DNA of 64,000 nucleotides, taken from Candidatus Krumholzibacteriota bacterium (GTDB lineage: Bacteria; Krumholzibacteriota; Krumholzibacteriia; JAJRXK01). Below, one piece after another: positions 10,611 through 19,475 of this stretch (position 1 is its first letter; every line of letters begins with the position of its first letter). A program made the position numbers and the translations under genes. The notes beneath the pieces were generated by a model. The model was not told where the DNA came from, made no database searches, and worked only from the letters and a program-made list of their open reading frames with translations. The stretch lies in contig JAJDAC010000041.1 of the NCBI GenBank assembly GCA_029262065.1, positions 1,430 through 65,429 on the forward strand, given 5' to 3'.

Positions 10611-12296
10611 CTACTTTCGTTTCATGGCTACAACGCGGCCGCTGCCGCGCGCCACATAGGCGGTAACCGAGCTACTCCAGCCAGAGCCGCGATCGACCTG
10701 ACATTCGACGGCCAGAAACGGATGACTCTCCGCTGCGTCACCGGAACTGGGGACCGCAACTTCGGTCCGCGTGCTTTCGTTCCAGTCGCTCCAATCCAAT
10801 GCTCCCCGGTTCTCGTTCACAAAACTCATTCGGGTGCGATACCGCGCGGTCGTACCCGGGTACAGATTCCGCTCCTGCCCCAGGTCGTGATAGAGCAACG
10901 TGCCGTTGGCGTGCGTAAAGAAATCGAGCGGCGGAATCTGATCGAACCACGCCCGGGCGATCTTGTCCCGACGTTCGCCAAGCGTACGCACCATGTAGGC
11001 GGCCGCTTCAGGCTCCTGATACTGAGCTTGTTCGACGATTGCCTCGAGCTGCTCGTTGGTGAACGCCGAAACGATCTTCGCGCCCCAGTACCCGTCGCGA
11101 TCGGTGATTTCGCTGAACCCCGGGTTCGGATAGTGCGGCGAGAATCCGCGCGGGCTGAACTGCTCGCTCTCGAAGTACCCAACTTCGTCGAAGTCGGGCC
11201 GTTGTTGCTGACGCCAATCGTCATCCCAGAAGCCGAGGTTTGCCGTCCGACGCACAACGGCCGCCGGATCGAACGTGTGCTCCCAACCAAACCTCTGGGA
11301 GGGTCCGCTGGCGCCCGCGCCGAGGGTACTGGCAAAATCGATGAGATAGTGGCGGACGTAACTCTTGCCGTCGTCTTCCACGAACATATCCAACGAGTTG
11401 TGCTGCTTGGTATCGAAGTGATTCAACCACGCCGCAAACACCTCGAGACCGCGAATTTCACGTCGCTCTTCGTGCTTGATGTGATCGTTGGGGTCGTCCT
11501 TGCGCCGGCCCTTGTAGTCAAACGGACCAATGGGCTTGCCCGAAAGAAACGAACTGGAGATCGCGCGCCATTGCTCGCCCTTGCGCGCCACCGAACCCAG
11601 AATGTGGTCGATGTCCGCCTCGGTCATGTTGCGCTTGGTTCCATTGGGCTCGGACATGCGCACCCCCTCACCCAACGTGAGATCACTGCGATCGAAGTAC
11701 ACGATGTTGTCATCGGGGACGTTGTAGCCCGCGAGATGGAGGATGCGCTGCGAAACGACCCCGGCCGCGGTGACCATGCCTTCGTGCTCGGGAGGATCGA
11801 ATTTGATGAGGTAGCGACCTCCGCGCGCATCCTCGATGGTGAACCCCGGCGTGACACCCTCGGTCTTGGCGCCTACGACTGTCCATGTTCCACTCCGATC
11901 AGGGCCAACACCCTGCCCGGGTCCACGACGCACTTCTTCCATGGGAATCGGGAACATGCCGATGCGGTTGGTAAACCAGCTGGAGTTGACCGCTTCGTCC
12001 AACGAGTTCACGTTGGCCGCGGCCTTCACGTGGTCACCGCCAAAGAGCGTGCCCACGCGCCTGACGATGCGATTGGGCCGGGTATAGCGACCCAGAGGTC
12101 GGGAAACCGACTCGTTGAGGTAGTCCCAGTAGAGGTTGGGCTCGCGCTCGGCTGGCGCCACGGTGACGTGACGTTGGTCGTCATCGAACCAGTTGACCGG
12201 AGCGTCGACCAACGGCTCTGCCGCCAACGAAACCGCCGACGAAGCCAGCAACGCCGACAGAACAAGTCCGGCTTGTAACAGTAGAATGTTTTTCAT
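10611..12296 (-). CDS. Secreted protein with atypical (HipA/PI3K/CotH-like) kinase fold
   Basis: Signal peptide from ATG 12296 (MKNILLLQAG...SLA-AE); KTEGVTPG, YLIKFD, WLNHFDTKQHN, YLIDFASTLG resemble Gly-loop, ATP Lys, catalytic loop and DFG-like motifs. Confidence 0.6.
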   Translation of the reverse strand: MKNILLLQAGLVLSALLASSAVSLAAEPLVDAPVNWFDDDQRHVTVAPAEREPNLYWDYLNESVSRPLGRYTRPNRIVRRVGTLFGGDHVKAAANVNSLDEAVNSSWFTNRIGMFPIPMEEVRRGPGQGVGPDRSGTWTVVGAKTEGVTPGFTIEDARGGRYLIKFDPPEHEGMVTAAGVVSQRILHLAGYNVPDDNIVYFDRSDLTLGEGVRMSEPNGTKRNMTEADIDHILGSVARKGEQWRAISSSFLSGKPIGPFDYKGRRKDDPNDHIKHEERREIRGLEVFAAWLNHFDTKQHNSLDMFVEDDGKSYVRHYLIDFASTLGAGASGPSQRFGWEHTFDPAAVVRRTANLGFWDDDWRQQQRPDFDEVGYFESEQFSPRGFSPHYPNPGFSEITDRDGYWGAKIVSAFTNEQLEAIVEQAQYQEPEAAAYMVRTLGERRDKIARAWFDQIPPLDFFTHANGTLLYHDLGQERNLYPGTTARYRTRMSFVNENRGALDWSDWNESTRTEVAVPSSGDAAESHPFLAVECQVDRGSGWSSSVTAYVARGSGRVVAMKRK

Positions 12297-12300
12297 GTCG

Positions 12301-13719
12301 CTACCTCGCCGGAACCGGGTTGCGGCCGTGGTAGAGGCCCCGTTTGCCAAACTGGAACAGCTGGTCCCCGCGCAACCGGATGACCGTGTCCTCATCACTG
12401 AAGCCAATTTCGAGTCGACCGCTGAACCCGCGCCCTCCGGCCAGACGCACACCCAAACCATACGACTCGGTCAGATTCGTCAATGCGATCTGTTCACGTT
12501 GGCCAAAAACCTGGCCCCAATCGAAGAACAGGTAAGCATCGAGGCCGGTGCCGGTAGTCTCGCTGTAGGCCCAGATCGGGTAGCGATACTCAGCCGTGAA
12601 TGCCAACATTCCTCGATCACGCCACCGGAAGTCGGAGTAGCCGCGAAGCACGTCGGGGTCGTCGTTCACCATCAGTCGCTGGAAATTCACATCGGTGCGA
12701 TCGGCGTCGAGCCACGACCAGTAGCCACGGACGGCCAATACGCGGTCGAACCACAGCGGCAAGAACTGCTGCACCTCGGCGCGGTACCGCGTGAATGAAG
12801 CATCGCCGGTGTTGGGTGAGAAGTGCGAAGCACCCAATCGTTGTACGCCCCCCGAGTTCGGGCGGCCGTCGGTCAGGGTGTTGTCCCGGACGAGCCCCAG
12901 CGATACCACCCACCCGTCCGAACGTTGGGTGTAACCCGAGGGTCGGTCCTCTTCTTCGTAGACCTCTTCCAACGAAATGTCTTCTTCTGGCTCGCGTGGG
13001 CCGCGGCTGTCCACGACGCTGAAAACGGCCGAGCCCTCGATCGCCACCGGCCCGTTGATCGGAACGTGGTAGTTCAACCCGCCCCAGGTGGCCTCACTGG
13101 TAAAGTGACTCTCGCCGGACTCCAACGCTCCTGGACCGACCCCGTAGAACCTGGCGTTCGGTCGGCGGCGGTAGCCGCCCCCCAATTCGAGCCGGTGGTC
13201 GGGCGACCCAAGCTCGCGAATAAAACCCGCGGTTGCCCGGGTATGACGCTTGGAAGAATCCGAGAATCTGGCTTGGAACTTGTTGGATGGTCCGAATATC
13301 GAGTCGTGGTAGACACCGAGACTTCCGCCGATGCCCACGAGGTTGCCGGCCGCGCCGGTAACTGTGAATCCGTAGGGGAGATCCACCGGGCCCAACAGCC
13401 GTTGAATTCGGTAGAGGGTGCCGCTCTCGTCCAGAAAGCCTACCGTGCTTTTGAGGCCGAATCTAAGCACTTCGAACGGTACGGAAGCAACGACCCAGGG
13501 CGCCAGGAGCGGGTATTCCCAGGCCGACAATCCATTGGACTCGTAGGCGGCCTGGACCGGTTCGCCTGGCGAAGCTATCGTGCCCCAGTAGCTTTGCCCC
13601 GTACCATCGCTGACCTGCGCAGCGACCGTAGCGGAACCAGCCAACATCAGGACGGCCGCGATGAGTGTGGCGAGTTTCCAGGCGGTAAGCCAGCCTGCGC
13701 CGCCGGTTTCCATTTTCAT
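12301..13719 (-). CDS. Omp85/BamA-TamA family outer-membrane beta-barrel without obvious POTRA domains
   Basis: Signal peptide, alternating aromatic beta-strands, LRGY..FRWRD loop motif, AEYRYPI, FFDWGQVF, YGLGVR; start taken at ATG 13719. Confidence 0.78.
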   Translation of the reverse strand: MKMETGGAGWLTAWKLATLIAAVLMLAGSATVAAQVSDGTGQSYWGTIASPGEPVQAAYESNGLSAWEYPLLAPWVVASVPFEVLRFGLKSTVGFLDESGTLYRIQRLLGPVDLPYGFTVTGAAGNLVGIGGSLGVYHDSIFGPSNKFQARFSDSSKRHTRATAGFIRELGSPDHRLELGGGYRRRPNARFYGVGPGALESGESHFTSEATWGGLNYHVPINGPVAIEGSAVFSVVDSRGPREPEEDISLEEVYEEEDRPSGYTQRSDGWVVSLGLVRDNTLTDGRPNSGGVQRLGASHFSPNTGDASFTRYRAEVQQFLPLWFDRVLAVRGYWSWLDADRTDVNFQRLMVNDDPDVLRGYSDFRWRDRGMLAFTAEYRYPIWAYSETTGTGLDAYLFFDWGQVFGQREQIALTNLTESYGLGVRLAGGRGFSGRLEIGFSDEDTVIRLRGDQLFQFGKRGLYHGRNPVPAR

Positions 13720-13733
13720 GAGCGTGATCACCA

Positions 13734-14903
13734 ATGGGTTATTGTTTGCCAAGGCTGCATGAGCGCGGCCTGCCTTTGTTTTGGGCCGTAGTACCCGCGA
13801 TCTGTTGCCTGGCGTTGACGCCGAACGCGAGAGGCGGCACATGGCCTGACTCGTCGCAATTTCCAGTACAGACACTCTCGCACCCCACGGTCGAGAGTCG
13901 CGTGGCCAATCTGGAGTATCAGCTTGAAAGCGGATACCGGTTTGCCGTATTCGGTGACCAACGAGCGTTGGCGAATGGTGAGTGGCAACTGTTGTTGAAC
14001 GAAATCGCACAGCTCGAGACTCCGAGTTCCCGAGAACTGCCGCTCTTGTTCCTGCTGGACACAGGCGACATTGTACAAGATGGCGCGCACTCCGACCAGT
14101 TTCGACTACTGCAGAACATCCTTCGCCCAGTGGAACACCTTCCCTACTTGATCGGCGTGGGCAATCACGAAATCAGCAACAACGAGCCGGGGCCCGCGCG
14201 CGCGAATCTCGCCACATTCGCGGCCTATCTTGATCCGCAGTTCAGCGCCGAACGGATGTTCTATCGCAAGGACCTGGGCGGTGTCGCCTACCTCTTTCTG
14301 AACACCAGCGATCTGGTGTACGACGTCCCCGAGGGGGCCAATGCCCGGGCTGATGGTCAGCTTGCTTGGCTGGTAGAGGAACTGGCCAACCCCCGCGGCA
14401 CCAAGACGACGGTAATCGTCATGCACCACCCCTTCATCCAGACCTCGAAAAAGCACCGTCCGACCGCCAGAGACCTATGGAAGCTCGAATACCAGAACAA
14501 GACGTTGCCCAACATCCTGGCCGATGGCGGCGTGGATGTGGTTCTGACCGGGCATACGCACACGTACGAGCGATTCGAGCTTACTCGGCGTCACGATGGG
14601 CGCCGGATGCACGTAGTCAATGTGTCGGGACGACCCCGCAATGCGTTCCTGTGGTTCGGCGCGGGAAGCCGGCGCCCGAAGGATGTGCGCGGCAAGGAAG
14701 ACAGCTGGTTCACCGATGAAGGCTGGGAAGACGCGAGCGATTGGGAGATTCGCCAACGCGAGTTCATGGACAAGGACTCCGAGCGAAACCAGACGGTCGT
14801 GTTCACGGTGGACGATCGAGCGCAGCTATCGATCGAGGTCCACTATCTGACCGATCCTGAGGATGGCGGTCTCACACCAGGTGGACAGTTCGAACTTCAC
14901 TAG
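13734..14903 (+). CDS. Secreted calcineurin-like metallophosphoesterase (purple acid phosphatase-like)
   Basis: FGD, TGDIV, GNHE, HHP, GHTH motifs; hydrophobic N-terminus; exact start uncertain. Confidence 0.85.
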   Translation: MGYCLPRLHERGLPLFWAVVPAICCLALTPNARGGTWPDSSQFPVQTLSHPTVESRVANLEYQLESGYRFAVFGDQRALANGEWQLLLNEIAQLETPSSRELPLLFLLDTGDIVQDGAHSDQFRLLQNILRPVEHLPYLIGVGNHEISNNEPGPARANLATFAAYLDPQFSAERMFYRKDLGGVAYLFLNTSDLVYDVPEGANARADGQLAWLVEELANPRGTKTTVIVMHHPFIQTSKKHRPTARDLWKLEYQNKTLPNILADGGVDVVLTGHTHTYERFELTRRHDGRRMHVVNVSGRPRNAFLWFGAGSRRPKDVRGKEDSWFTDEGWEDASDWEIRQREFMDKDSERNQTVVFTVDDRAQLSIEVHYLTDPEDGGLTPGGQFELH

Positions 14904-14983
14904 CCCCAAGCTTGTGCGACGGAGCCTGAACCGCTAGCCTCGCGGGACGCTTTTCCTTTCCCTTCGGACCGAGAAACTATTTC

Positions 14984-16015
14984 ATGACCAATCGCCGGCC
15001 TCTCGACCTCGGCATCTGGGCGTTCGCCTTCGGCTATTTCGCCTGCTATGTCCCGTACTCCGCGCTGACCAAGGCGCTGTCGCGCGGAATGCTCGAGAAG
15101 ATGACCGAGGCCCCCAGCTCGGGCTTCGTCCTGCTCCCCGTTTCCGCATCGGCATCGTTGGTGGGCATGCTCACGTTCATCACGCTCATGGGATGGTGGA
15201 AGTACGCCGGACGACAAACGCTTTTCGGCTTCAACTTTCCGTTTCCAAACCGTTGGACGCTGTTCTCGGGATTCTGCACGGCGTGCATCATCGGCACTAC
15301 GACGCTGGCCTACACGTTCCAAGGCGTCTCCATCGTGTTCATGATGCTGCTCATGCGAGGCGGTGTCCTGATCCTCGCGCCCGTGGTCGACGCGCTGAGC
15401 CATCGTAAAGTGCGCTGGTTTTCGTGGGTGGGGCTGGCCTTCAGCATGGCGGCGCTGATCGTGGCCTTCATCGAACGGGCCGATGCAGGTCTGGCCTTGA
15501 AAACGGTAGCGGTGATCGATGTGGCCATCTACCTGGCCAGCTACTTCGTACGACTCCGATTCATGAGCCGGCTCGCGAAATCGGATGACCTGGAAGCACG
15601 CACACGCTACTTCGTGGAAGAACAGATGGTGGCCACGCCCATTGTAGTCATCACCCTGATCGTGTTGGCGCTCATCAACAACGGAGCCATAACGGCCGAC
15701 GTCCGGGCCGGCTTCACCCAGATCCCGGGCAGCAATATCTTCTGGGAAGTGGTTCTGGTAGGCCTGTTTTCCCAAGGCACCGGCGTCTTCGGCGGGTTGG
15801 TGCTGTTGGATAAGAGCGAGAACACCTACGCAGTTCCAGTCAACCGAAGCTCAAGCATCATGGCCGGCGTGGTAGCCACCTACAGTCTTCATCTTCTGCT
15901 CGGTGCGCGGGTACCCAGCCGGTACGAAGGAGTCGGTGTGGTGCTGATCATCGTGGCGATCCTGTTTTTGACGGTGCCCACTTTGATGGCCAGGAAGAAC
16001 GCTTCAGCCTCCTAG
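14984..16015 (+). CDS. ~10-TM DMT/EamA-like membrane transporter of unknown substrate
   Basis: Two ~5-TM halves, 343 aa. Confidence 0.55.
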   Translation: MTNRRPLDLGIWAFAFGYFACYVPYSALTKALSRGMLEKMTEAPSSGFVLLPVSASASLVGMLTFITLMGWWKYAGRQTLFGFNFPFPNRWTLFSGFCTACIIGTTTLAYTFQGVSIVFMMLLMRGGVLILAPVVDALSHRKVRWFSWVGLAFSMAALIVAFIERADAGLALKTVAVIDVAIYLASYFVRLRFMSRLAKSDDLEARTRYFVEEQMVATPIVVITLIVLALINNGAITADVRAGFTQIPGSNIFWEVVLVGLFSQGTGVFGGLVLLDKSENTYAVPVNRSSSIMAGVVATYSLHLLLGARVPSRYEGVGVVLIIVAILFLTVPTLMARKNASAS

Positions 16016-16079
16016 GTTACGGCCGGCGCATGACACCAATAGGTTACGGGCCGGCGCATGACACCAATAGGTTACGGCC
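16013..16079 (+). repeat. Tandem copies (27-28 bp unit, about 2.4x) of the palindromic element arm TAGGTTACGG(G)CCGGCGCATGACACCAA
   Basis: Units start at 16013, 16040 and 16068; the first overlaps the TAG of the upstream CDS. Confidence 0.9.
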
Positions 16080-16184
16080 TCACTAAGCTTCCCCCGGCGG
16101 ACTAGTTCAGCTCGCATTCAGGCATCGGGGCGCCGGGGTCCAGAATCGTTCGGCCGTAACCTATTGGTGTCACGCGCCTGCAGC
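16053..16184 (-). repeat. Palindromic ~130-bp element, copy 1 (REPIN/MITE-like)
   Basis: 27-bp inverted arms 16053-16079 and 16152-16178 (1 mismatch); core is the reverse complement of the cores of copies 2 and 3. Confidence 0.88.
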
Positions 16185-16350
16185 TCGATGCATGGGAGCA
16201 GGACAGGCCAACTAGTCATCTCGATTTGTCCAGAACAGCTTGCTATCAACCCTGCAACGTCAGACAGGTCGCGAGCGAATGTCCAATGCCTTGTTGCCAG
16301 CCTTCACGGAACGCCCTACAAGATTGGCGACCGGGCTGCGCCTGAGCATC

Positions 16351-16531
16351 GCTGCAGGCGGGGTGACACCCAATGGTTAAGGCTGAACGATTCTGGACCC
16401 CGGCGCCCCGGTGCCTGAATGCCAATTCGGAACAGTCCGCCGGGGGAAGCTTAGTGAAGACGTATCCATTGGGTGTCACCCCGCCGGCACCGAAGCCCAC
16501 GTATCCAGTGGGTGTCACCCCGCCGACACCG
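16351..16531 (+). repeat. Palindromic element copy 2 (16351-16488) plus an extra right arm (16499-16531)
   Basis: GGCGGGGTGACACCCAATGG...CCATTGGGTGTCACCCCGCC flanking core TGAACGATTCTGGACCCCGGCGCCCCGGTGC...CGCCGGGGGAAGCTTAGTGAAG. Confidence 0.88.
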
Positions 16532-16548
16532 GAACCAAGGATGGTCGA

Positions 16549-17655
16549 ATGTTCTCGGGAATTGCACACGTCAGAACACGATGCATTGCCATTTGCTGCA
16601 CGACCCTCGCACTCGCCGGGTGCGCCAAACCAGAACCGGTTCCACCACAACCACCCACCACACCGTCGGAAGTGCGAACGTACCTCGAGGGCTTTCTCGG
16701 GCAGGAGAAGTCGCCGCCATCGCTGTCCCTGGCCGTGGCTTTGGGCAGCGAACTCGAGCTACTCGAAACTGTGGGGCTACACAACCGCGACGGCGGTGAC
16801 GCTACGCCGGAGACCCCGTATCGCGTGTACGCGTTGTCCATGGGTGTAACCGCAGTTGCCATCATGCAGCTCTGGGAAGCCGGCACCATAGAACTCACCG
16901 ATCCCATCCGGCGCTACGTACGCGAACTTCCACCTAGCTACGAGCAGGTTCAAATCCAACACCTACTGACGCACACCGCCGGAGTACGTCATTACCGCGA
17001 GGGATCGGACGAAGCCGCCTCCAAGCGGCAATACACTTCCATCGGCGAAGCCAGCGCAGTGTTTCGCGACGATCCGTTGTTGTTCGAACCGGGCACGCAG
17101 CACCATTTCTCGGCGTTCGGGTTCGCCTTGTTGGAAGGCGTTATCGAAAATGCCTCGGGCCAACCGTTCGAAGACTACCTTCGTGGCTACATCTGGGGTC
17201 CGGCACAAATGACCCAGACGCAACTTCACGCGCCCGGCCGTTCGATTCCAGGAATGGCGGTGGGCTACTCTTTTCAGGGATTCTGGTTCCTGAAGAAACA
17301 ACACGCGGTGAGCGTACCTGGCGAAACCGGCCGCTACGCCGCGAGCGGAATGGTGAGTACGGCCCAAGACCTGGTTCGCCTGTTCATTGCCCTGCAGTCC
17401 GGCACGCTTCTCGAAAGAAACTCGATCGCCACGATGTTTGAGGCAGCGTTCCCCGACGTTGCCCCGACCCAGGCTCTGGGATGGACCGTCGAAGACGACG
17501 GTGCGTTGATCACGCTATCGACCGACGGCATCGGTTACACCGGTATAGTGATGCACTGGCCACGAGAAAACCTGACGGGGGCTTTGCTGGTGAATCAAAC
17601 GCCGTTCGACGAGCGAAGTGAAACGCTTCTTGGAGCTCTGGCAACAGTTCGATGA
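16549..17655 (+). CDS. Serine hydrolase/beta-lactamase-fold lipoprotein, catalytic motifs degenerate
   Basis: Lipobox LAGC; TPETPYR, HLLTHTAG, LLFEPG, GM.STA.DL; SxxK position reads ALSM. ATG 16549 (the longer ORF start runs through the repeat). Confidence 0.82.
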   Translation: MFSGIAHVRTRCIAICCTTLALAGCAKPEPVPPQPPTTPSEVRTYLEGFLGQEKSPPSLSLAVALGSELELLETVGLHNRDGGDATPETPYRVYALSMGVTAVAIMQLWEAGTIELTDPIRRYVRELPPSYEQVQIQHLLTHTAGVRHYREGSDEAASKRQYTSIGEASAVFRDDPLLFEPGTQHHFSAFGFALLEGVIENASGQPFEDYLRGYIWGPAQMTQTQLHAPGRSIPGMAVGYSFQGFWFLKKQHAVSVPGETGRYAASGMVSTAQDLVRLFIALQSGTLLERNSIATMFEAAFPDVAPTQALGWTVEDDGALITLSTDGIGYTGIVMHWPRENLTGALLVNQTPFDERSETLLGALATVR

Positions 17656-17714
17656 ACGCTCGTCCCTACGCGCTGATCGCAAACGGGTGCGGTCACCGTC
17701 CAGGACTCCAGCTG

Positions 17715-17723
17715 TGCTACAAT
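17715..17723 (+). promoter_or_regulatory. Putative extended -10 promoter (TGcTACAAT)
   Basis: About 30 nt upstream of ATG 17755. Confidence 0.35.
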
Positions 17724-17754
17724 GTGGTCGCACACCCTCCCAAGGTCGTGAGCC

Positions 17755-19290
17755 ATGATCGTTCTCTCCCGCTCGATCCCATTCCTACTGCTCGCCATCT
17801 GCACCAGTTGGCTCACGCCAGCCAATGCCACTGCTCGCATTTGGTACGTCAAGGTCGATGGAACCGGAGACGTCCCGCGTTTTCAAGATGCGGTGGATGT
17901 TGCCCAACCGGGAGACGTCGTATTGGTGGGACCGGGGCGCTACACCTGGACCAACCAGGGTCCCGCCAGTGAACGCGGGCACGGCCTGATCGAACTGTGG
18001 ATCGATCGTCCCCGTGGCGTCACCTACATTTCCGAAGAAGGACCAGAGAACACCATCCTGGACGCCGAGGGACAGAATCGGGTGGTGTTTGCGAACGGCA
18101 ACAACGATCCACGATTTCCCGTCGAGTTTGTCTTCTCGGGCTTTACCATTACCGGCGGCGTGGCACCCGAAGCGCCACCAGAACCGCTGACGCAAGGCGG
18201 CGGCCTGGTGTTGCACCTTACCTACCCCATTATCGAGAACTGCATCTTCATAGACAACGAAGCCGAAACCGGCGGCGGCGCCTTCGTGGGAGGAATAAAC
18301 GCAGCCCTGTTCCGCGACTGCCAGTTCATCGACAACCGGGCCCTGGCCGGTGCGGGCATGCTCATCATGCACAGCTTCGAAGAAACGGTAGTCGAGGACT
18401 GCACATTCATCGGTAACCTGGCCTTCGAGTACGACACCGGTCAGGGCGGCACGGGCGGCGGCCTTTTTTGCCTCAACAACAAATACCGAGTCGAGCGTTG
18501 CACATTCTACGGCAATCGCTCAGCCGACACTGGCGCCGCGTTCTACAGTTTCAATTCGAAGCCTGGCATAGTGCGTTACAACTCCTTCCGGGACAATCGG
18601 AACGAGGATTTCTCGGTGGGGGCCGCGGTCTACCACCGCGTGGATACCGACTACCTCGATGGAGCATCGCAGATCGAGTTCTCAAACAATCTCATCGCAT
18701 CCAACAACCCCGCGAAGGCGATGGTATACGAGACCGCCGTGGTCATGGACATGGCCTGCAACAACATCTACGGCAACTCCGGCGGAAACTGGATCGACAA
18801 CCTGGCGTCGCACCTCGAACGAGACGGCAATATTCAAGAGAACCCGATGTTCTGCGTCGACGATGGCGGATACACGTGGACCGTCTCCGAATATTCTCCG
18901 ATGCTGGCCGCGAACAACTCGTGCGCAACCAACATCGGCCGAATAGATGATGGCGGCGCCTGCGGCAACTTCGAACCACCGGAAATCGAACCCGAGATCC
19001 GAAACTTCCTGGTTCACACGCCCGCGCCCAATCCGTTTCTACCCAGCGCGAACAACGCGACGACGCTCAGCTTCGAACTACCGCTAAGCGGACCGGTAAC
19101 CGTGGTCGTCTACGACATCAGTGGCCGCAAGGTAAAGGAACTGGAGTCCAGTTTCCGCGCGGCGGGAGCCAACACGGTGGCGTGGTCGGGCCGGGACGAG
19201 TCTGGATCGGCCGTGGCCGCCGGCGTCTACCTGATGCGGGTTCAGAGCGAAGCGGGGACAGCAAGCGAGCGGGTTGTGGTGATTCGGTAG
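17755..19290 (+). CDS. Secreted right-handed beta-helix protein with C-terminal FlgD-Ig/T9SS-like domain
   Basis: Signal peptide, repeated C.F..N.A..GGG units, PNPF...VYDISGRKV...WSGRDESG.AVAAGVY C-terminus. Confidence 0.85.
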   Translation: MIVLSRSIPFLLLAICTSWLTPANATARIWYVKVDGTGDVPRFQDAVDVAQPGDVVLVGPGRYTWTNQGPASERGHGLIELWIDRPRGVTYISEEGPENTILDAEGQNRVVFANGNNDPRFPVEFVFSGFTITGGVAPEAPPEPLTQGGGLVLHLTYPIIENCIFIDNEAETGGGAFVGGINAALFRDCQFIDNRALAGAGMLIMHSFEETVVEDCTFIGNLAFEYDTGQGGTGGGLFCLNNKYRVERCTFYGNRSADTGAAFYSFNSKPGIVRYNSFRDNRNEDFSVGAAVYHRVDTDYLDGASQIEFSNNLIASNNPAKAMVYETAVVMDMACNNIYGNSGGNWIDNLASHLERDGNIQENPMFCVDDGGYTWTVSEYSPMLAANNSCATNIGRIDDGGACGNFEPPEIEPEIRNFLVHTPAPNPFLPSANNATTLSFELPLSGPVTVVVYDISGRKVKELESSFRAAGANTVAWSGRDESGSAVAAGVYLMRVQSEAGTASERVVVIR

Positions 19291-19475
19291 CATCGCTGTA
19301 GGCGGGCTGACATCAAATGGTTAAGTCACTAGGCTTCGCTGCAGGCGGGGTGACATCAAATGGTTGCGGCTGAACGATTCTGGACCCCGGCGCCCCGGTG
19401 CTTGAATGCGAGTTTGAAACAGTTCGCCGGGGGAAGCTTAGTGAAGCCGTAACCATTTGATGTCACCCCGCCGGC
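19291..19475 (+). repeat. Extra left arm (19291-19324) plus palindromic element copy 3 (19338-19475)
   Basis: GGCGGGGTGACATCAAATGG...CCATTTGATGTCACCCCGCC with the same core as copy 2; supplies the TGA of the convergent NUDIX gene. Confidence 0.88.

Noticed and set aside
10605-12278. 557-aa plus-strand ORF
   Set aside because: Antisense to the kinase-like gene, which has a signal peptide and operon context
16013-16079. 27-28 bp tandem repeats as a mini CRISPR array
   Set aside because: No spacers between units, no cas genes, and the units are arms of the palindromic element
16351-19475. Palindromic elements as integron attC sites
   Set aside because: No RYYYAAC/GTTRRRY core boxes at the ends, mixed orientation, and no integrase in the window
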